Part shown: positions 48,321 to 62,363 of the stretch, in pieces
How positions within the stretch are numbered: position 1 is the stretch's first letter
Layout of the letters: every line of letters starts with the position of its first letter
From: Saccostrea echinata
Lineage: Eukaryota
NCBI RefSeq assembly: GCF_033153115.1
Contig: NW_026889781.1
Coordinates: 7,874,001-7,938,000, forward strand
Length of the DNA: 64,000 nt
Direction: 5' to 3'
The notes under the pieces: generated by a model
Told to the model about the DNA's origin: nothing
Databases searched by the model: none
What the model saw: the letters and a program-made list of their open reading frames with translations, nothing else
Position numbers and translations under genes: made by a program

Positions 48321-50255
48321 GGTGGTATCTTGAGACTGTTTAGAACAAGGGATGCTCGCTCCTATGCATCTGATCCAATCTCTGGAATTTAGGGATCTGT
48401 GTTTTATGCTCTGTTCTCAAATTTCCCTTGTTAATATGATTCTTGAGAACGATCTCTGTTTGGTATCCCAACCTTTTTTTTTATTGTTCAGTATATGTTT
48501 GTAGTTGAATTATATCGGTTAAATTTGTTTGATTACAGGATATCAAAAACTAAATTTTGACTTAATTTTATTATCATTTAAAGTTCTTAAAGTCTGTGGA
48601 TTTTCTTTTTTCTATAGAAGCAGAGGGAACCTTTATTCGTATTTTGATATAATTTTTATTTGTGTTATGATATAAAAGAACTACTGTTATCTTTGTTTAT
48701 ATAAGATAGGAGAAAATATAGAGTGAAAGAAGTACATGTACATTGGCTGCTAAAACTGCTGATAAAAATACATGTTTTGTTTGATAAAGTTAAGTAGTAA
48801 AACATTTGTGATCGGGGGAGGGGGGGGGAGAGGGGGGGGGGGGGACACCTGTTCGACACCGAGTCTTATGACGTCAACTTGTTGTTGTGTTTAAATGTTA
48901 AAAACATTACCTTCACGTCTCTGCTAATCTAATAGAAAGTAAATCTATATAAAGTTATGAATATCATTGTATTGGAGTAAGACAAAGAAAACTGTTTATT
49001 AAATAAAATCCATTCAAAATATAAGGTGACCTGAGGTCACCGTATTGATATAGATGAATTTACTTTTGTGCCTTTAATGCTTGAAGAGTTCATATAATAT
49101 TTTATTACTACGCAAAATGACGAACTATTTGCGGGTGACCCAAGGTCCTTGTTGAGCATAAATTTCATCCTCCTGCATCTTGCCGCAAACTAGTGCGCTC
49201 TCGAGGAAACAACAAAAAGTTAAAAAAAAATGAAATAAATAAATAAATAAACTCACCTTGTTTTAATGGATATTGCAGATAAATAGTAGATTAAGAGTCC
49301 TTTATTAAAATTAGCACTGTCAGGCTTCGGTTTGGAAATGCAACTTACATGCATATGACGTCATATGTTATGTGACATCAGAGTCTAGATGTGCCAAATG
49401 AAAAGACGGATCTAAATAAAGACTGAATAGGTATCGGTGCTCGCCCTAACGGTCGCACTGTCAACATTGCAATTGTTGAATTTCCACATTGTATGGTGTT
49501 CAATCAGAAATGAAAATGGGATAATTTTCACTAATTTTGAAGTTTATCATTAAGTATGCATTTAGTATGCGACATCATGAATATCACAATGATGCTTTAA
49601 CCATGTAAGAGTACATTCTGTGACCAGAATGCAGTTAGACTGTTTTTCGATATGCAAAAACGTTTATAAAAATAATGAAACATTTCAAAATGCCTAATTA
49701 AAATTTATATAGTAAGTTAAGTAATAATACTGCATAAAAACATGTCTCAATAATAAACTATATCCTAACAGTAATATTTGTGTGAGCAAGCCTTAAACAA
49801 TAAATGTACTAAAACAAATGGACTGAGAATAGTTTTAAGATGACAGATATTTATTTCGGTAGTAACTGTTGTAATCTTACTCGATAAGGACAGGTGTTGC
49901 AACCATATTCTGTAAATGTTGGTCATTTGATCTTCAGCAGTTTACAGAAATGGTGTAAACACACGGGAATCTAATTTAGTATACTATTTGAACATCTGTT
50001 TACAAGTTTTAATCGTTAAAGTGCATTTCAAAAAGACAGCTGAGGCTAAGTCAATCATCGAATGAAAATGAAAACTGAAAAACTTTCGTGTAAATAAAAC
50101 GTGGTTCTTCTCTTAAATAGAATTTCAAAAAGCGGTAATTTTTTTGCTTTCTTTGATAACAATTATCCTTCCTCGATTTTTCTTTAGAATATGAGGCTTG
50201 GGAAGTATTGCTGTTTTAAATTATATAATTGTTGAACTTTTGTACATTTTCATGG

Positions 50256-50466
50256 TACTGTAAACCAACTATTATTCGCGTCATCTTTTATTCGCGATTC
50301 GTCAGTTTGAAATCAATCCACGGCGATTTGTTTTCGCTACTGAGGATATATTCTCTACAAATAAAAAGCAAAATAAATGGTTAGCGGCGATTAATATTTG
50401 CTAGTTAAAGTAGGTCGCGAAACTCACGGACATTTCTCGCACGCGAATGAAAGTTGGTTTACAGTA
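50256..50466. mobile_element. MITE with TACTGTAAACCAAC...GTTGGTTTACAGTA termini (relatives at 62145-62363 and ~18462-18602)
   Basis: Inverted termini ctgtaaaccaact.ttattcgcg / cgcgaat.aaagttggttta; CGCGA-rich interior. Confidence 0.7.
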
Positions 50467-50963
50467 TTAAGAATATGAGACGAACAAACTTTTTACATGT
50501 GCGCAAGTGCACACGTGGCAGACAATGGATGCGATGTGTATCTAACAAGATTTTATTAATTTTAAAACTATCTGTTACCCTCATTTAATGATGGTTTTGT
50601 CAATCAATACACAATAAAAGTGACTTATTTAGAAACTTTATCATTGAATCTTTGCTTTATATTGCAATTCTCTAAAGTGAGAAAATCTTTCATACAGTGT
50701 GCTTGCAGTTCTGGATAGCAATTATTAATTACATGTAAGCCTTAAAAATATGCATGTTTTTTTCTCGTTAGTGTCTTGTTTTCTTTTTGTTTTTATTGCT
50801 TGTTTATTTTTTTAAATTTGGTTGCTTATTTGTTTAGTTTTTGTGAAGATACTTTTAATAATCTTTTATAGTATGTACCTCAAAGTAGCCTCTTACATTG
50901 ATTTTTGAGATAAGTAAAGAAGATTCGTCATCTCTCTTGGGAGTCCTTACCTTGGTAAATTGT

Positions 50964-51248
50964 TTTTTGTTTGTTTATTGTTTAACGTCCCTCTCTAGAA
51001 TTTTTCACTCATATAGAGACGCCACCACTTGCCGGTGGAGAGCTGCAAATTTTTTACCTATACTCGGCACTTAGGGCAATTGAGCAGTGAGGGATCTTTT
51101 TCGTGCCAACACCTACTGCGACATGGGACCTCGGTTTATACGGTCTCATCCGAAGGACCGGTCCCACAGTGGGATTCGAACCTGCGACGTAAGGATCAAC
51201 TCCTTACTCTGACTCTAGAGCGAACGCTCTAACCACTGCGCCACACGG
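50964..51248 (-). mobile_element. Full-length tRNA-derived SINE
   Basis: Minus strand: A box TGGCGCAGTGG, B box GGTTCGAATCC, CAAA-type tail; 12-bp TSD TTGGTAA(A/T)TTGT at 50952-50963 and 51249-51260. Confidence 0.85.
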
Positions 51249-53935
51249 TTGGTAATTTGTAGATACATGTAGCGCTATGGACTTTTTATCTTCTAGGGAA
51301 AAGGAACAAATTGCTTAATCCTATCGTGACAATAACATCGAAATGCTACAAACTTTTCTGATATCTTCTAGTAACAATTGCATAAGGACGTGGAAATGGA
51401 GCTTCATATTCTTTCCCGTTAAAATCGCTTTAAATATATCACTAAAACACCTCATTGGAACTGTTAGCTGTCTTTGACAATTAAACGAAACACGAAATTC
51501 TTAATTCTCTTATTAAAATTTAAACCTTGCATTTTTTTTAACCTCCTTTGTAATAGTTCAAATTATTATATATTTTCCCTTTTTACTTAAAAAGAAAACT
51601 TTATTTATTTATTTATATAATTATTTATTTATTTTTATGAATTATGTTTTGTTTTGCATTCATATCTTGACATAATTCATAGCAATAAAAGTTGTGTGTT
51701 ATTTATTCTTAAGCAAAGGTAGGATCTGAAAATTAATCTCATGAAGTCAGAAAGAATCTTATTTTTTGGTATCTTAAATTTTGATATTAAAATTGTTACT
51801 TTGCATGCAAAAAAAATAATCTAATTTGATTGTAATAAAACTATTTCCTCTCGAAAGTTAAATTCAATTTAAACACTAAAGAGTCATCACTAGGTGTCGG
51901 GAAAGGGGGTCTGGGAGAGGTACCCCGCCCCTAAGTAAGTTTCTTTAATATTTACATATAACAGATTGGTGGGATAGGGATACTATAGCTACTGGTGCAA
52001 TCTGGAAATAATTTTGTCGAGCGTCAAATAAAGAAAACTCAACAGCATTACTTTGAATAGATGAATAATGTATTTATTTTGCTTCAAAAACAATATTTTT
52101 CATTTTTTCAATGGGTGCCATCACCCTCCCCTATTCGGTCAGCCTTGCACTGCTCCCAATGAAGGAGCCTACAGATTTCTCAAATTTGAGAAATATATTC
52201 CTTTAATGATGCTTTATAACTTGAGAACTTGGTCTAATAAGGTGTATATCGGGGCCTAATTTGTTGGTACCTGTAAACAAGACGAAAAATCATATTTCAA
52301 ACTGTCATTTTCAATGAAAAAAAAATAATAAGACAACAAGTCATCAATATGGGAGTTTTTACCATATCAGAAAAATGTTTGCAGAAAGTCTACAGTCTAT
52401 CATAAAACGGTAACATGTATGTTCTTAGCCTTTCCTTTAAATTAATATTAAACTGAATATAGGCTTCGGGACCAATTTTCACATCCTTTCAATTTGAATT
52501 CATGGAAATACTTTATTTTCTAAATAATTCTATCAGAAACGTAAAGTACGGGAAAAAGAAAGTTTTAATTGATTATGATGTCATAATGGATCTAGCACCA
52601 AAAAGCCAGTCTGAAGTCATTTACTAACTCTTGACCTAAAAAAAAAAATAAAATTAAGATTATTTCTACATACATAACTTCTGTATACAGTTGGATACTT
52701 CAATTATCACAGAGCAGGGAAAGTGGAATATATTGTTTTGTTTGTAAAGGAATGTTTAAAATTAAACGTTTACTCCTCCATGGCACCTTATCCCACCTCT
52801 GGTGTTTTTAGAGATCCATGTTTGTTCTCCTTCAAATTTGTATTGTTTCAATTAACTTTTTGAGCTTGATTACTCTCTATTATCTTCATAATTTATTACT
52901 TCTAAACAGAAAGTAATAAAAAGTGTAAGCATGTTTATGATAAGCAATGGAACCTCTACCAAAAATGTGAAATTCATGGTCTCTGTGTTCAGGCTGCAGG
53001 GTTGGACCTAGTTTGTGATGCTTCTATTATGAAAATGCATCATATCCCATCTTTTTAACTCATGGACAAATGATGAACCTTTAGTCCGCTTCAAAAATTA
53101 TGAAATTTATGGTCCATGATTTAAGCCCCAGGGTAAGGCTTAGTTTGTCATAAATTAAAAAATCATGTAATCTCCTTTACCCAAAGACAGCTATCAGGCA
53201 AAATGTTTGCAAGGTTTTAATGTGTACTTAACCCTAAAACTGAGGGTTCCTGAGACCGGGGATTTTGTCCAGGATGGGGTTAAATTGATGATGTGTTGAA
53301 GTTTATTATACGATGTAATTTACCTTTATTATGCTTAAAATTCTAAGAGTCAAGATGCATGAATATGATAATGAGTTTAAAGTCTTCACCAAACGGTGGA
53401 TTTTTGTCACAGAAAGTCCAGACTAGTTCCAGGTGGGCTCAAAAAATGTTTATAGCCTGAGAAACTCGTGATATATAGGTATAACCGTCAAGACTCATAA
53501 GCTTCTTGTTTTGCATTTCAACTCTTTTGCAGTTCCATCGTACATGCTTAATCTTGTTTTCTAAATAATTTGAAAGTGTATCTTAAAAAAAATATTAAGG
53601 TTCTGAATTAATAATGTTTAAGTTACTGTCATCAGTTTAGTATATTATATAGAAAATAACGCATTTTAACGTATGTGTATAATCTATCATATTCTAAAAT
53701 TGAGTGTACAAGATCTGGCAAGAGACCATGTATTTTGTGGGCTTAATTCAACTGTTGAAAAAGTAAACAAAATGAATAGTCATAACAAAATGAAAAATAA
53801 AAACTGCAGGAATACAACCATTTTGACCTTTTGAAAGTTAAAATTGTTATTCTTACGCATATTCGTATATTTTAACGAAGTAATGATCAGCAATAAGGGA
53901 TCCCAGATTTGTAATAAATATTTTTCAGTCAGAAA

Positions 53936-56900
53936 ATGAGAGTGAAATCCTTGTGTTGTTGTACTGGAGAAGCGGACACTTACAAACAAGAAATAATAGA
54001 GTTGCTCAAGATGGCGTGGCCAATGGTGAGTGGTTCAGGTTAAATAATGATTGCAATATAGGGAACTCAGATGTATATGGATATCAGAAGTAGGTCACTG
54101 GAAGATAACTATACATTGTCAGTCCAATGATTCAAGTATTGATATCATGATCTCTTTTAGCCGATGTCTGCTCACAAAAGAGGTTCAAAAATCAAAGAAT
54201 AGAAATGTTTATAGATGTAGGAACAACGTTTTAACATTTTTAAAGTAATAAATAAAATTTGAAATGTACACTTATTTAAGCTGACGTGTTGAAAGCTCAA
54301 TTTTTAGCTCACCTGAGTTAAAAGCTCAAATGAGCTTTTCTGATCACCTGTTGTCGGGGTGTCCGTCCGTCCGTCCGTCCGTCTATCTAGCTGTCTGTGT
54401 CTGTCCGTCCACAAACTTTTCACATTTTCAACTTCTTCTCAAGATCCACTCGGCAAATTTTAAATTAAGTTGGTACAAAGCATCCCTGGGTTAAGGAGAT
54501 CCCAAATTGTAAAAATGAAGGGCCAAGCCATCTTTCAAGGGGAGACAATCAAGAAAAGGCAAAAATAGGGCGGGGTTATTAAATAAAATTCTTCTCAAGT
54601 ATCACTAGACTAGGAAAACTGAAACTTATGTGGAAGCTTCCTGAGGTAGATTCTAAATTGTTCAGGGCTCTTTTTTTTTTTTATCCCAAATTGGCCCCTA
54701 GGTTGGAAATGAATTTTTTGCACATGTTCAAGGCACCATCAATCGTATTCCAAAAGATGAATTAAAGTGTAAAAGTGGTTTGAGGAAGAAGAAAGTGTGA
54801 CAGATGGACGAATGGACCGTCCAGGATAACAAGGACAGACATGGCTCAAATGCTTACCAGAAAAGTTCATTTGAGCCTTCAGCTCAGGTGAGCTAAAAAT
54901 AAAGGAGGTGGGGGTGGGATGAACCTGAGTAACTTGCCAAACATGATACTCATTGCATCTTGACTTAAGCAGCTAGAATATATGTGGTTTAGGGATAGAT
55001 ATTGCAACTGTTTTAGAAGTATTTGAATAATTATGGATTACCCCAGGGGCACTTGCCCAACAAAATATAAAATGTTTCTTATGCATTGTGGGTTCATTCT
55101 AAAATTTTTGGATGCATAGGATAAGAATATTTTTGGTAAACTTTTCCCAAGAGATTTGGTATTGATCGAGCAAAATGAGGGATCAAATCGAGGCGAGATA
55201 AAAGTTTAACAACATACTAAATATAACATGTTTTTCACATTGTTTTACAGGAGAAATAAAACTCTTTGTGTTCCTATCTATGTTCTTGTTTATTAAGATG
55301 ATGATTTAATCCTGAGTGGTCAAATTTTGTACAGGACCAGGTATGATGACTATACCCTGAAGGGTATGGTCTTACCTGTGTACAAATCAGGTGAGGGTCC
55401 ACAGTGAGTAGTTTTCAAATATCGTTTGAATCATATCTGTATATTCAAAACATGGAATCATATATTTTGTTATGGATTTAAGTCAGGAACTTAGATGTAG
55501 TTTCTTTTGGTTTTGTTTTCCTGATGCTAATTCTCAAACTGCCCCCCATCCCCCCCCCCCCAAAAAAAAAAAAAAACTTTAAAAAGAAATATTCCATTGA
55601 AACACACTAATTGAGCATTAGGACTTCCATGTGAAATTTGTAACAAATTATGAGAAATACTTCTCTCTGTATCCTTTTGTAATTAAATGACCAAAGACAA
55701 AATGGTGAGTAAACTTACAATGTAAAATCCTAAAAAGTCAATAGATTTAAAAACCCTTGTAATTTCATTTTCATGTTTGGCAAAAGTAGATATCAGACAG
55801 AGAGAAAGAGGAGAGAGAGCGAAATATTACTCCGGTCTTTTAGCCTATGCAAAACTTAAAAAAAAAAACTTATGAATGCAAATGCTCGGAGGGAGACACA
55901 ATATTTTGAAATATTTTTTAAAAGAAGTTTCTATGCATTGTTTTCAGGAAGTTCAAAAATTAAATTGTTTGTCTTTGTTTGTAAGGTTCATTTTTTAAAT
56001 TGTGTTTTTAGAGGAACTGGGATTTAATTCTGCAGGTGGAAATCCAACTTACACCCATAGCTCCCTTTCTAAGGATGAAATTCTTCAAAATTATATGTCC
56101 GTTTTAGATATTCTTTAATATTCCCAACAATCAAAATGAATTTGAATTACCATACCTTTACTGGATTCCAAAACTTCATAAAAATCCTTACAAACAAAGA
56201 TACATAGCGGGTTCCAGTAAATGTTCTACCAAGCCTCTTTCTCTACTCCTCACTAAGATAATTACTGTAATGAAGGAAAAACTTCAGGAGTACTGTACAA
56301 TAGGATATTCGAGATGTGGTGTAAATCAGATGTGAATACTTAAAAACTCCAAAGAACTTTTAGAAAATTTGAAATCGCAAAATTTTACTAAAATCTATAA
56401 CATCAAAACTACGACTTTTCAACACTTTATTCAACCATTCTCCACGATCAATTCAAGTCAAGGCTTTTTGATAGACAGCTGCTTTTTCAATAAAAATGGA
56501 CTCGTAAATATACCTACATTCTCATTTGCAAAATTATTTTGTTAAAAAGCATTCTGATTGTACACACAATTAAGTACTCTGAAGATGAAATTAAAAAGAT
56601 ACTTGAGTTTCTGATTGACAATATCTATGTAGTTTTTGGAGATCATGTCAATCCAACAATTCCCATTTGTACCAATTGCGCCCCCTTATAAGCAGACCTA
56701 TTTTTGTATTCATATGAAGCAGAATTTATTAAAAAACTTCTAAATGAGAAGAAGAAAACACTTGCTGTGGCCTTCAACTCGACATTTCGTTATATCGACG
56801 ACGTATTATCAATTAAGAATAGTTACTTTCATTCATATGTCGCCTCGATATTTCCCAGTGAGCTTGAAATAAAAGATACCACAGATTCTGACACGTCTGT

Positions 56901-59900
56901 TTCATTTTTGATATTTTATTAGAAAAAGACCTTAATAGTTATCTAACAACAAAGCTTTATGATTAACGTGATGACTTCAACTTTTCATTCGTCAACTTCC
57001 CTTACTTATATAGCAATATACCCTTATCACCTGCATATTGGGTTTATGTCTCTCAGTTGATTCAATACGCAAGAGCATCCTCCACGTATGAACAATTTCT
57101 AAAACCAGTCACGCTATTGACAAACAAGCTGATGAAACAAGGATATCAATAGTCTCGTTTGAAGTCATCATTTCGCAAGTTTAGCGGTCGATACAATAAC
57201 CTTGTCAGCACATACAACCTATCATTAACTCAGATGCTGACTGATGTTTTTCATACTAATTGTTAGGCCATTATTTAGACACTGAACTCTGAACTGTCTA
57301 CGGATTTTTTCGTTTTTTTTCCGATCATGACAAGGAGCACACGGCGGGTGTGACCGGTCGGCAGGGGATGCTCAGTCCTCCATGGCACCTGATCACACCT
57401 CTAAATTTTGAGGCGTGTTTGCTCTGCTCCAAATTTGTATCGTTTCATTGGACTTTCGAGATTGAATACTGTTCATTATCTTCATATCTCATTGACTATA
57501 TCACCAAAGTGCGACTTTTATTTATCTATGTTGAGAAAAAAACTTCACATTTTAGAAAAAAGTATGATTAAATATCTAAATCAAGGTGTTTTGAATAGGG
57601 AAATCAAAATATACCGGTATAGCTAATTCATCTACAAAGCTTAATCAAGAGATTGTACAAGACTTAATCATTCTTAAAATATTTATATCACCATTCCTGA
57701 TGCAAGGGAGGGCTAGAAATATGACCAAAGTTCCATGATCTATTGACTAATAAATATGTATGTTGTGAGAAGGGGTAGGTAATGGTGACAAGTGGAAAAT
57801 GGTGGTAATATTCACGAACTTCAGTAGTTTTCAACATTCTTGTTAACTTTCACACATTTTAGAAGTACATGTCCAACTTCTATGTAGATATATGTACAAA
57901 ACAGAATCAAATAAGAAAAAAATATTTAAAACAATCAAAAATCAGTGTAAAAGTTCATTAAGAGAGAGAAAGAGAGATGAGAGATAGGCGGGCTCTAATC
58001 TTTCAAAATAGGGTATATATAAATACGGTTTGTCAAAGAAAAATTGTAAAAAAAAAAAAAAAAAAAAAAAGAGCAATAATATTAATAATAATAAAAGTAC
58101 CATTTTATACCCTAAAACATACTAAGTTTCATTTAAGGTCGCTATTGGAAAAGAGAAAAAAGGGTGTGTGTGTGTGTAAAGAAGCCTAAAACAGTTCCGT
58201 TTTGAGGGATTCAGTTAACATGCATATCAAAGTGATAACCAAAGAATTTTTTTAATATTTAGGGCCATGCAGAGATAAGTCCTTCCCCTCCTTCTCCCCA
58301 TCCCAGCCCCAGGTGTTGTTCATATATACAAACCAATACGTCGACATTAACAAATTATGAGTATATACTAAAATGTACACACGATTTAGTGGCGGGACTC
58401 TGAATGAGTTTCATTTCTAATTCTATAAATAGTACAAATCTGTAAAGAGGTTATAAAACACGGCCCCCTGAAATTCCAAAAGATAGGATCAGGTTTCTAG
58501 GAGGAGTAAGCATCCCCATCGACCGATGTCGCATAATATTTGCTCTGCCACGTTGAAAGGGTGGGGGGGGGGGGGGGGGCAATACGATAAAGGAGTAAAT
58601 ATTCTCTGTTAACCGGTCACACCCGCCGTATTGATCAGTTAGAATATTCCGTAGTCAAATTAAGTATAAAAACAAAGGTCTAACGATCGATATGAAATAT
58701 GCCAGTCAAAATACGACCCAATGATGGGTTAAATTTGCTAACAAAATCATTATAACGACCATGGACTTTACAAAATGATAACCTTAAACATCAACTTATC
58801 GGCATGTCAGTAGCCTGCCTCGGTTTAGGAACTGATCGTACTCAAGTCATGAGTATCAAATAAGTTGGGAGGCACAAAGACCATATGCAGGTGATAGTGG
58901 AATGTAATATCAAGCGGATTGGATGAGTTGTTGACGCAGGTTATATTGTGATTATTTCCAGATTCAGGGGGGGGGGTGATCTGCAGGGGGTCATGACTTT
59001 TATACCATTTAATGCATAATGACACAATATTATGTATGGTAAAGGGGGAAAGTGTTTAACCGTTTTCGAGATATATGATCATTTGTAGTTTCAGGGGATG
59101 ATCTCCGGGGGTCATGATCCCATATATCAGTTAATGGGTCATAATACAAATATGACTTAGGGGCTTTCTATTTTGATTAAATCTTTTTTATTATTTCCGG
59201 TTCCAGGAATTGGGATTGACCCCAATGACTTGCTTCAACGCATAACTTGCATCCAACGATCTGTGACCCTTTTCAAGCTATTACCATATAGCTTGAATAT
59301 TCTATCATAGTTTTATTGTACTATAATGTGAACTCAATTCTTAGGCTCTGACACAGTTCCTGATGTATCTGCCATTGTTTGTTAGCCAGAGTTTTTGTGG
59401 ACATTTAGGAAAGGAGTCAATAGACGGTGTTGCCTTAGCATCTACAGTAAGTACAGTTCAGACACTTACACACAGGGTGGTGCCTTTGACTAAAATAGAG
59501 AAGATAAGATTAATTATGTTTCCATTATATAATTGTACTAGTTTTTTGATCATTTGGTTTTTGTTCATATATTGTTGTATATTTATATTCCATATGTATA
59601 TTTTCTTAAAATGAGAGTTTGAAAGCTTTGACTTTCAAAACACCATAACACACTGAGGGAGATCAGAAGCTAAAATAAATGATTTTTTTTTTAGTTTGAA
59701 ACGTTGAAGCTCCCTGTCATAAATCAAAATCCACGCTCACGTTGAATGGTAACGACTTCTCCTTCAATTCACGAGAGTCGTTCAATAAATAATGCAATAG
59801 GTCATCTAAAAGTATGAAAAGTACGCAATACATATTCTGAACATTTTTTCAATCCCTCAAGGCATTCCCTTTATCCTTTACACCTGTATTTTAAAGTCGT

Positions 59901-61429
59901 TTTATCCATGACCAGAAAATCTCAGCATATTTATCTTAAGGGATGCCCTAAAGACTCTGATGAATATCACTTCCCATGATATATCTTATATTGTACAGTC
60001 TTCATTTGATTGTTTTTAAGCGTTTTTTTTTCTTTTCTTTTTTGTTTTTTTTTTTAAATAAAAAGATCTCACAATGAATTTTGATTCATGACATTGCGCT
60101 TCAACGTTTCAAACTAAAAAAAAAAAACACATTGATTTAACCTTTTTGACTGGATAAGCATCCAGATTGTGAATTCACCATTGTTATTATCCAAGCTGAT
60201 CCAACAAATATACATATGTGTTTTACTGCTAAATTACATACTAGCAAATTCTTGAAAATCGGATGCATTTATGGTGTTTAGAAGTACACATCAGTAAGGT
60301 ATATCTAATAAAAACAAACTCTATAGAATTACAAGGAAAGCAAGCTGTTGAGTAGCATTCATGTTAAAATCAAAAAGTCATTTTAAAACGACCCATTAAT
60401 AATTTTCCTCAGTAAAAATTCATTTAGGTATTGATTTGATGAATTTTTCACTTATGAACTGATTGAATTCCTCAGTCAAAAGTATACATTGAAATGAATA
60501 AGCATCGTGAAATTTGAAAGAAAAAAGTAGAAAATTGTTGAGGTTGTTGCCTCCAAGACATCGAATATGATAACAGACTTTGAAAACATTACGCACTTTG
60601 AAAAAAAAATCAAAGTGCATTAAAATTCGGACAAAATTGACGCACTTTGATTTTTTTTTTTCAAAGTGAGTTAAGAATGTACATCAACATTTTTTTACCA
60701 TGGAGACACTAAATGCACTTTGAAAAAAAAAATATATCAAACAATAATTCTGTGCTTAGATTTTAGTAATAGATACATGTAGCATTATTTTGTTATATTT
60801 CTTTTGAAAAACTGTTGAATTGATCTACCCTCATCGAGAACAAGGAGAAAACAGACAGAAGGTCCCTCAGCCCAAATCTTTCCTACACAAATATATGTAT
60901 TTTCATAATTGGTATGACATTGATATGCTTTCTCTCAATAAATTTGAGTTAACGTAAAATAGATGAAAAAATTGAAATAAGCTTTCCTGAGAAAAAAAAA
61001 TCGCAACCTGTGATATTAAAAAAGAGAGGCTCAGGGGCAATATCCCTCAACTAAGCAACAATCGCCAACTGACTATACTTTGACCAAAGTAGCTTTACAA
61101 AATCAAATACAATACAATACAAAGGAAAAATGAGCCTTGCATAAGATGCATGAATTATTTTTTCATACATCGGTGTACTAATCAAATCACTTTTAAAAAG
61201 GCCATCATTTATTACCGGAATGAACATTTTTCATACTTATATTCTTATCAAAAAACTATAGAAAGACCATCATATTGTCCTGGAAAATTATTTTCAATTA
61301 TCATACAAACTTGGTCCTCATTTTGTCGCGTTTCTCGTACCCCTAAGGGTCATATTTGAACAAAAAATTAGAAAATTCTAAATACAGTAAAAAATATAAG
61401 TAAGTCCTTCGTACTGAACTTAGTTCTTT

Positions 61430-61487
<58 letters not shown>

Positions 61488-62136
61488 TTTCTCCTTTTCC
61501 CTAAGAAATATGTGATGTTTTAAGTCACTTATCGACCCCTACATTTATAAACTTATTACAGACTGGATAAAATAAAAAAAAGTACCGAAATTGTGCTATT
61601 AAACAATTATTCCTCCATTATTTCGAAAAGATCCATTTCATTTTATAAAATTAACGAGAACCTTTTTGGAACAAGACAACCCCTAAAAATCTTTCAAACG
61701 TCTAAATCTCAAAGTGATGTCATCACCGAAATGTTATCCAACCAGGTTCAAATAATTTCAAAGTGCGTTGTAACAATGCTCTCATTTTAATTGTTTCGAA
61801 GTACGTAAAAAACTCTTTTCTGTAAGACTTTTCATTTTATCTACGTTTGGAATCAGAATATCAACCGACTACAGTTAAACTTCGGTATCTCGAACACTGA
61901 TATCTCGAATACCATGGATATAACGAACTGAATTGGAAGTCCCAACCACTTATTCTTTATGTATTTTACACCCGATATCTCGAAACCTCGGATATCTCGA
62001 AATTTTTACTCTGTCCCATCGAGTTCGAGATAATGAGGTTTGACTGTATTTTAATGTGTCATTACAGGTTATCAATGTTACAGGGATTATTGTGATAACG
62101 GGCTTGTCTACAGCGGCCGATGCTTTATTTTCACAG
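53936..62136 (+). CDS. SLC47A1: Multidrug and toxin extrusion (MATE/SLC47) transporter, 5' part; exons 53936-54025, 59345-59446, 62068-62136; continues beyond the last exon found
   Basis: Peptides ...KQEIIELLKMAWPM | ALTQFLMYLPLFVSQSFCGHLGKESIDGVALAST | VINVTGIIVITGLSTAADALFSQ match MATE1 motifs (FCGHLGKLELDAV; VINVTG...GLSSACDTLISQ), with phase-0 exons of 102 and 69 nt. Confidence 0.88.
54303..54898. mobile_element. Two Helentron/HINE 5' ends joined in inverted orientation
   Basis: TTTAGCTCACCTGAG...(GTCC)n on + at 54303 and CTCAGGTGAGCTAAAA with ggac repeats on - ending near 54898. Confidence 0.65.
55995..57490 (+). mobile_element. 5'-truncated, decayed Penelope-like retroelement (RT pseudogene plus 3' tail) in MATE intron 1
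   Basis: ELPYLYWIPKLHKNPYKQRYIAGSSKCSTKPLS, TNCAPLIADLFLYSYE and FRYIDDVLSI motifs with stops/frameshifts; GC-rich tail GGCGGGTGTGACCGGTCGGCAGGGGATGCT...GGCACCTGATCACACCTC. Confidence 0.8.
59692..60116. mobile_element. MITE with ~40-bp TIRs
   Basis: tagtttgaaacgttgaagc...tgtcataaatcaaaat / attttgattcatgaca...gcttcaacgtttcaaacta. Confidence 0.65.
61431..61482. repeat. (AG)n microsatellite
   Basis: Uninterrupted AG run of about 26 units. Confidence 0.95.
61872..62046. mobile_element. Tigger/pogo-like MITE (older relatives at ~6140-6290, ~18238-18412, ~31219-31400)
   Basis: TA|CAGTTAAACTTCGGTATCTCGAAC ... GTTCGAGATAATGAGGTTTGACTG|TA. Confidence 0.75.
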
Positions 62137-62144
62137 GTAATCTT

Positions 62145-62363
62145 TACTGTAAACCAACTTTTATTCGCGTGCGAGAAATTTTTGCGAGGTTCGCGAGAGC
62201 CTCGTCATCGCGAATATTTCTCGCCGTGAACCGGTCCTTAAAGTCTCTCTTTCTATTGACAACAGATAAAAAAGGCTTGATCGCGAAAATTAATCGTTGC
62301 GAACTAGTTTACCCCGGTAAATCGCGAAATAAAGTTGTCGCGAATAAAAGTTGGTTTACTGTA
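62145..62363. mobile_element. MITE of the CTGTAAACCAAC family, 8 nt downstream of a MATE exon
   Basis: tactgtaaaccaacttttattcgcg / cgcgaataaaagttggtttactgta TIRs. Confidence 0.75.

Noticed and set aside
47715-48343. ORFs with 12-aa repeats (SGLPIDVQYKVT etc.)
   Set aside because: By-products of a 36-bp minisatellite open on both strands; no splice or start context.
51165-51248. Possible tRNA gene
   Set aside because: It is the head of a SINE, with body, tail and TSD; no proper cloverleaf.
55250-55405. Exon-like segment with acceptor and several donors in MATE intron 1
   Set aside because: The frames examined contain stops and show no MATE similarity; the MATE exons join in frame without it.
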